From positions 62,001-126,000 of the forward strand of contig OZ237743.1 in the NCBI GenBank assembly GCA_965178125.1: a DNA stretch of 64,000 bases, in the 5' to 3' direction. The notes beneath the pieces were generated by a model, which ran no database searches, was not told the origin of the DNA, and was given only the letters and a program-made list of their open reading frames with translations. Within the stretch, counting starts at the first letter, position 1, and the number at the start of each line of letters is the position of its first letter. Positions 57,651 through 64,000 of this stretch are shown piece after piece. The position numbers and the translations under genes are program-made. Source of the DNA: Bilabrum cf. latius. Lineage: Eukaryota.

Positions 57651-60600
57651 ATGACCGCTACCGATGATAACAGTACCATAGAGCTTGGGTTTCACGTGCT
57701 TGGGCTGAGCCTCTTTGTGATTCTCAGCGTGCTGGCAGCATGGAGAGCGGCAGTCTAGGGGTGCTTTCCAATCGAACGCCGCAAGGCTGCTCACGTGCTC
57801 ATCGCGGCGTTTGCAACGGCTCGATGGGTTGATATCGCATGGGTCCTCGGTGCGGACGAACCGTCTGCAGCAAGCGTTCTCAGCGGCCGAATCAGCATAA
57901 TTCTGTACTTTGTCCTTCTATCTTTGTTCGTGTACCGGTGGTAAGCAAGACTAGTGCCCTCCCTGCTCCGTGCAGTGCTTCAATTCGCTATATATTCGCA
58001 ATCGTAAGGCCCCCGATCCAATGCGAGGTGTTCTGTTGCGCAGGTCGGCACTGCTGCAGTCGAAACGGCACGGGTACAGGTGCTGCACGAGGCTGCACAT
58101 ACTGGTCGCCGCCAACATCGTATACGCTATATTTGCGATGGTAGTCCCTATCATTAGTTTTACGAACGTGGTATCGGTGCAGGCATCCACGCTGGCGCTC
58201 CCGTACCTGGTGGTGGCCTTCGCTTCGCTCGTGGTGGCCGGTGCGATCGCTGTCTACGGCACGAGCATGTACGCGCAGGCAACGCAACTTGTGCGTTCCG
58301 TCCGCGACCGAAATGCGCTGGACCGCCTGCTCATTCTGCTGTCCGCCTTCGTCCTGCTCGTGGTGGCTCTGTTCCTGGTTCGGCTGGTGCTCATCTCGCT
58401 CGCCTTCGCGAGGACCATCCACGACGATTACACGGCCGAGCCGAAGAGCAAGAGCCACGAGCCCATCAACCTGGTGAATCCAGACCTTCTGCTCATGTCC
58501 CACTGCCCCGCCATGAGCGCGGGGGCCTGCACGTGGGTGGCCATCTGGCTCCCAGAGCTGGTCCCCGCCACGTTCATGCTCGCTCTCCTGTGGAGGCCAG
58601 AGGGTGACAGGGCTCTGGCGGTGCTGGGGCCAGAGCTGCAGCGACTGGCAGAGGAGGGGGAAGGGGGCGCCGTGGGTTCTCTGCAGGTGGGCACCGGCAG
58701 AGGCAAGGAGAAGGGCAAGGGCAAGGGGGAGTGGAAGGACGGCTCGGGCACGGGCTCGGGGAGTTCCTTCGGAACCTTCGGTGGGACGGGGAACACGCGG
58801 GCAGAGAAAGGCAGGGGCGATGGAACACCCGGCGGGCTGGAGCGCACACGCCGGGGATCCAGCACTGCGAGCCTAGCCCGCTCGCGCGTGAGCAGGCTGG
58901 GTCTGTAGACGCTGGTGGATGCCACTGTGCAGGCCAGGCGCGGCAGGGGCAGGGGCAGGGGCAGGGAGCACCGCCTTGTGTCGTAGGGTGCGTCTGACTC
59001 GCAGCTACAGCTCCGAAGATCGGGCACTGCTGCAACGGCTGCTTCCGCCGAGGGGGCCGTCCTCCTTGGCCTGGACAGGGCTGCCTCGGTCGGGCCGGGG
59101 GCCATGGGGCTGTCCTCGTCCTAGTCCTCGATCGGTGCTGGTGCTGGTGCTGGTGCTGGTGCCGGCAGCGCAGGATCAGTCAGAGACAGGCCCGGCGGGC
59201 GAGACCGTAGGGAGGATGGGGAATCGTCGAGGGCCCGTCTGAGCCGCAGCTTCGCGGAAGTGGGCCAGCCCGACTGGCTGGAGCACGGTGACATCGCTCA
59301 CCCTCCTGCCAGGAGCGGCTTCCTGCTGGATTCAAGAGCTGGGGCGGGTGCGGGGGCCGAAAGCGAAGACTCCGGGGCCGAAGGAAGCGGGGCGTGGGGC
59401 GTGGGCCGCGCAGGAGTGCTGTCTCCTGCCACTTCGGAGGAGGACGAGGACGAGGACGAAGACGGGGAGTCTGGTGACGAGGGGGACACGAGCAGGGGTG
59501 CACAACGGCACCCCCTGGCCAGGGAACAAGGAAGGTAGCTGCACCGCGCCATGGTGGGGCAGGCCTACGGGAGGCAACGTGTGCAAGGGGGCTGGGCGGG
59601 CGGCAAGGGGCAGTCGCGCGTGCGGGTCCCTCTCTACTTCGCCTCTGTGTACGGGGAGGCCTCCTTCGGGCTTGTGTACTCCTCGGCCTGGGACGCGGCG
59701 CTGGCAGACGCGCTGGCGGTGTCGGCTGCGGCAGCAGGGGCCGGTGGCCGAGGCCGGGGCGGCGGGGCGGGGTCGTCGGGCGGCAGGGGCAGGAGCTCCG
59801 GGGCGGGGGGCTGGGGCGTGCTTCCCAGCCTGGGGGCCTTCTCCACCGGGACAGGGGTGGCCGGGGTCCCCAATGTGGGGTCACCCCTGCTGGGCCCCGG
59901 GGCCCGCTCCCCCCACCTGAGCGAGGAGAAGGCCGGGGGCAGAGGGGGTCCATCCCCGGTGGCCCGGAGTGCCTTCGAAGAGGTCCTCCTGCAGGCGGCC
60001 AGGAGGGGTGCCACGGATGAGGTGGCCAAGCTGGACGAGAGCGGGGCCTCGAGGGAGGGCGGGCAGGAGCAAGGGCAGGGGGCCTTGCCCCCGCTGGACC
60101 TGGGGGCCAGGGCAGGGGCAGGAGCGGGAGCAGCCGGGTCAGGGGCTAGGGCAGCGACGCGAGTGCCCCATGGCCCGGTGCTCACTCGTCACATGACCCG
60201 CCGCTTCGACGACAGCCGCATGGTAGTGGACCGGGCCGGCGTGGTGCTGCAGGCCTGCCTGAGCCTGCAGCTGGCCAACGTGAGGGCACCACCGGACATG
60301 GATGCAGTCTTCGCGACGGTGCGCACGAGGCCGGCCAGCTTCACAGAGATGGGCGCCTCCGGGTCAGGCCTCTCTCGACAGGCATCGGCAGACGCAGCCG
60401 CGACAGGCCAGAGGAAGGGCACTGGCCAGGGCGTTGCCCCAGCTGGGAGGGCCCGCAGCAGCGATCCGGCACCTCGCGCCTCTGCCCATGCCTCTGCCTC
60501 TGCCTCGGCCTCGGGCAAGCAAGACCACCCGGGTGCTGGACTGCGGTCCATTTCTACCCGGGGGTCAGGGAACAAGGGCGGCAGGGACCCCGTGCAGGCC

Positions 60601-63600
60601 ATCCGCACGAGCACCGTAACCTTCGCCGGGAGAACAGAGGCCCGGCGGCTGGCTTGGGCCGAGGATATGCCCGCCTATGCCAGCAGACACACCATCAGCG
60701 GGGGCAGCGGGCCGCACGCCAGGGTTGCCTCAGCTGTGCCCCACGCGCACGTGCTGCAAGCTCAGGGACACGGACACGGGGCCGGGTCCATCCCCCTCGC
60801 CAGGCACGTGAGTGCGGACGCCAGCGACGATCGGATCAAGGGGGAGATGCCTCACGCCCCGGGGAAGGTATACCGGGGCGAGTCTTCGGGCGCGATCGCA
60901 TCGCAGAACAGCGCGCCCTCAGCCAGCGCTGCGGGACGGACTCACCTGCCCGGGAGCGGCGGGGGCGCGGCGGTCGCTGCGCATGCGGCGTCGCATCCCG
61001 AGGTGCACGGTGTGCTGGGCGGCGGGAGGCACGACCTGGCCCCCTGGTCCTTGCGGAGCTAGCTGGCGTGCCCCCCGTTCAACGGATGCACCTTCCACAT
61101 GCTCCTGCGGCTGGAGCTGCAGCTGCTGGAGATCGTAGGGGGTCAGCTGCCCGGGGAGCCGGGCCGCCGTGGGGTGCCCTCCGGCTGTGTGCGGGTGGAC
61201 AACATGCTGTTCCAGGACCAGCTGGTGGTGGTGGAGATCTTCGCTGCTGGGAGCAGGGACGATGCAGAGCAGGCCGACGCGGACTACGTGCGCCTCCCAA
61301 CCGAGACCAGGACCATCGCCTCGGGGTGGAGGCAGGCAGCCGTGAAGGCCGTGTGCAGGGAGCGCTCGCCCTCTCCCGTGCGGCACGTGGACCGCCGGCA
61401 ATCGCAGCTGCAGCAAGTGGCGCTGGCCATGGAGGAGCTGGAGATGGGCCGGCCGGCACACTGGGAGAGCGGGGCGGCCACCACGCCTGGGGGCAGGGCC
61501 AAGGCGGATGCAGCGGACGCGAAGGCCGTCAAAGCGGCCGACAAGGTGCGGTGGGTGGGCAGCGCCAGCTTCAGGCTCTCAGAGCTCTTCGCCTCCAGCA
61601 AGGCCCAGGTGGAGGCAGTGGCCGTGCGGCCCGCCACCGGCTCGCAGGACCTGCGGGCGAGGAGGGGGACGAACCCGAATCGCGCCATGCCGGTGGAGAG
61701 ACACCTCACCGACAGCCCGAGAGGGGCCGTCCCGGTCACCCCGATGGCAAGGAGCGGCATGCGCGGAGCCCACACGGGGGGCAGCAGCAGTGCCAGCGGG
61801 CCGCCCCCGCTGTCCTCGCTGGCGGGCACGGGCCCGGGGTCTGGCCTGGCCACGCCCAGCCCGGCCGACCTGATGCTGGAGGGGGGCCGAGATCAGGGGC
61901 CCGACGAGGGCGAGGAAGCCAGGGACGGGGGACCCGGAGTGGAAATGATCAGCCCCACGGGGAGTCCCCCCGCCGTGGGTAGGGCGGCGGCAGGCGCCGC
62001 GGAATAGGAGCGGATGCAGCGGCGGGAGCGGAGTAGGGCCAGCCCGGTGCCGATGCAGGCTCCAGCTCCGCCCGATGTGGTGCGTGACCCGGAGGGCCGG
62101 GCCCGCATGGTGCGCGTGGCGCCTGCTGAGGACGGGGGGCTGGCTCTGGTACTGGAAGAAGAGACGTGCCTTGCCACCGCGCTGGTGCAGGTGCAGCTGC
62201 GGGCCCTCAAGCAGGGCATGGCCGAGTACTCGAGGGGTCCCGGGCTCGTGTAGCCAGTGGTCATTCGAGACGCGGGGGAGCTGATCAGGCAGGCGGACCG
62301 CAGGCGGCTCGTGAGGGGCCTGCAAGGCAGCAGGAGCAACGATAGAGGCGTCATCACGAAGGGCGGGAGGGGCAGTGGGGGCGCTGCAGAGGGTGCTTCG
62401 GACCGGGTGCATGGTGGAGGTGGCGGCGGGGACGGCAAGTCGTCGCAGTGGGAGGAGGAGGGGACAGGGCTTGTCAGCAAGGGGGGCACTCGGACAGCAA
62501 ACGCCGCTGCTGCCTCGTCGCACTCGTCACACCACTCGATGGAGCGGGCCGTCCGCATCGCCACGATGTTCAACGCGATGGCCACCGGCCGCGTGACGGG
62601 CCCTCGGCCCCGCCACCGGCCTGTGATTTCGCCCGAGAGGAAGAGGCAGCTGGCCGCGATGCGAGCCGCGCGACGGGCCACCGGGGGCCATTCCGATTCC
62701 GATTCCTCGGACGACGACGAGGAGGCACAGCGGCGAGCACGCGGGGGCAAGGGGCACCGCATCGATTCGTACCAGCAGCCCCTGCCGCCGGCCCCAGGGT
62801 CAGGCCAAGCAGCCCGTGCCCCTGTCTCTGGCGCGGGAGGAGGCAGAGGAGGAAAGAGAGGGAAGGGAGCCGGCAGCGCCCGCCCGTCCTCCCTACCCAA
62901 GCCGCCGCCCGCCGCCAAGACATCGGCGGGTGTGGGCTGCCGCACGAGCCGGTGGTTCAACTTCACGGGTCGCGGCGGAGACACGCTGGTGGTTGAGGAA
63001 GACATGCGGGAGAGCAACTACTGCTTCGACGTGCCGCACAAGATGCTGCTGCTGCTGCGGAGGCAGAGGCAGCAGCATCTTGACGCTGTGCGGGGGGAGC
63101 TCTACCGCTTCGAGGGCCAGCTGGACGCGCTGGGTCCGGTGATCCGGGGGACCATGCGGGCGCACGATCGGAGGGCAAGCAAGGGTTAGGGTGCGGGCGG
63201 GCGGGTGGGCGGGGCTGGCACCGCTTCCACTCCACTGCTCGGGGGGGTCTCGTCCCCAACCAGGGGCGGGGCCACCGCGGGTGGTCGCAACCTCGTGGAC
63301 TCCGAGGGCGAGGAGGACGAGAGCGACGGGTGGAGCGTCGCGGACATGGATTTGATCGACCAGTACAGCGCGCTGGAGGCCACTCTGTCGCTGAGGCGGG
63401 AACTCGACTACGTGCTGGGCTGGCTGCGCGCGCACGAGACCAAGGTGAGGCAGCAGATGGAGCTGCTGGACCAGGCCGTGCAGGTGGGCCACGGGGGCGT
63501 GGGCCCCGACGCGAGCACATTCAAGCAGAGCACCAAGCGCAAGGCGGCGGACTGGGCCTACATGCCCATTAACCTGCACGTGCAGGAGCTCAGGGTCAAG

Positions 63601-64000
63601 GAGCTCAACGACCTGCCCCCCGCCAAGCGCTACCACGGCACCGCCAGGGAACTGAGGATCCTCGAGGATTCCCAGGGAACAATGGGCGGCGGCAGCCAGC
63701 TGGACCGACGGGCCGCATACGTGGAGGCCCTCAAGATCGCCCAGTGGGCCGTGGCCAGCGACCAGCTGGGCGAAGGGGGGCACCAGGACGACGCCGGCAG
63801 TGGCAGTGGCAGTGGCGCCGGGGCTGGGAGAGACCCTGCATCCTCCCGTGCCTCGCGGCTGAAGCGGCTGCGGGCCCAAGCTGCGGCTGTGCTTGGGCCC
63901 CCCGTCGCCGTGGAGCACTCGATCCGGCCGTGGAGCCCCTTCGGCCGGTGGGCCCAAGCCCAGCGGAGACTGAGAAGGCTCGTTGACGAGATGCTGGCGG
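57651..64000 (+). CDS. 7TM (GPCR/GPR137-like) domain fused to type I inositol polyphosphate 4-phosphatase (INPP4)-like region; runs off the window end
   Basis: About 7 hydrophobic segments ending WLPELVPATFMLALLW, then an interrupted C2-like region. INPP4-like motifs SRWFNF...LVVEEDMRESNYCFDVP and TFKQSTKRKAADWAYMPINLHVQELRV (compare INPP4A FKASSLK...FVPTNLHIQRMRV). Nine TAGs and one intron. Confidence 0.78.
57941..58043 (+). other. GT-AG intron (103 nt) in the 7TM-INPP4 gene
   Basis: GTAAGC donor and CTGTTGCGCAG acceptor. Splicing joins TG|G (Trp) and switches to the downstream open frame. Confidence 0.75.

Noticed and set aside
1676-64000. A cluster of pseudogenes, or RIP/deamination damage
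   Set aside because: Decay or C-to-T damage would also give TAA, TGA and frameshifts. Only TAG occurs internally, and the catalytic motifs of most genes are intact.

Overview
Gene-dense, GC-rich, intron-poor eukaryotic nuclear DNA. It is probably from a stramenopile-like protist; this is an inference from a 7TM-INPP4 fusion, a plant/oomycete-type RNase H1 and HIRA/ZRANB3/GLE1 homologues. The supplied ORF track is fragmented because the standard code is wrong for this DNA. Most genes are one continuous reading frame interrupted only by in-frame TAG codons (about 95-100 by manual count across 16 genes) and end at TGA or TAA. TAG falls at Gln-conserved positions (SPRY 'P*IG', SH3BGR 'KGQ*', RCC1 'P*MI') and inside CAG poly-Gln runs. 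This points to a nuclear code with UAG=Gln while UAA and UGA remain stops. Re-read that way, the window holds about 19 genes: an SLC38-like transporter, ZRANB3, SH3BGR-WW-WW, an RCC1/EF-hand/LRR protein, an EEP nuclease/phosphatase, an EF-hand protein with a His/Pro minisatellite, RNase H1, two DUF4286-like paralogues, HIRA, a SPRY protein, an M14 carboxypeptidase, a CH-like protein, a ubiquitin-like protein ending RGG, a pseudo-USP/GLE1 fusion, a TMPPE-like metallophosphoesterase, a 7TM-INPP4 fusion and two hypothetical proteins. Family calls come from motif recognition by eye. No database searches were run, and several start codons are uncertain.
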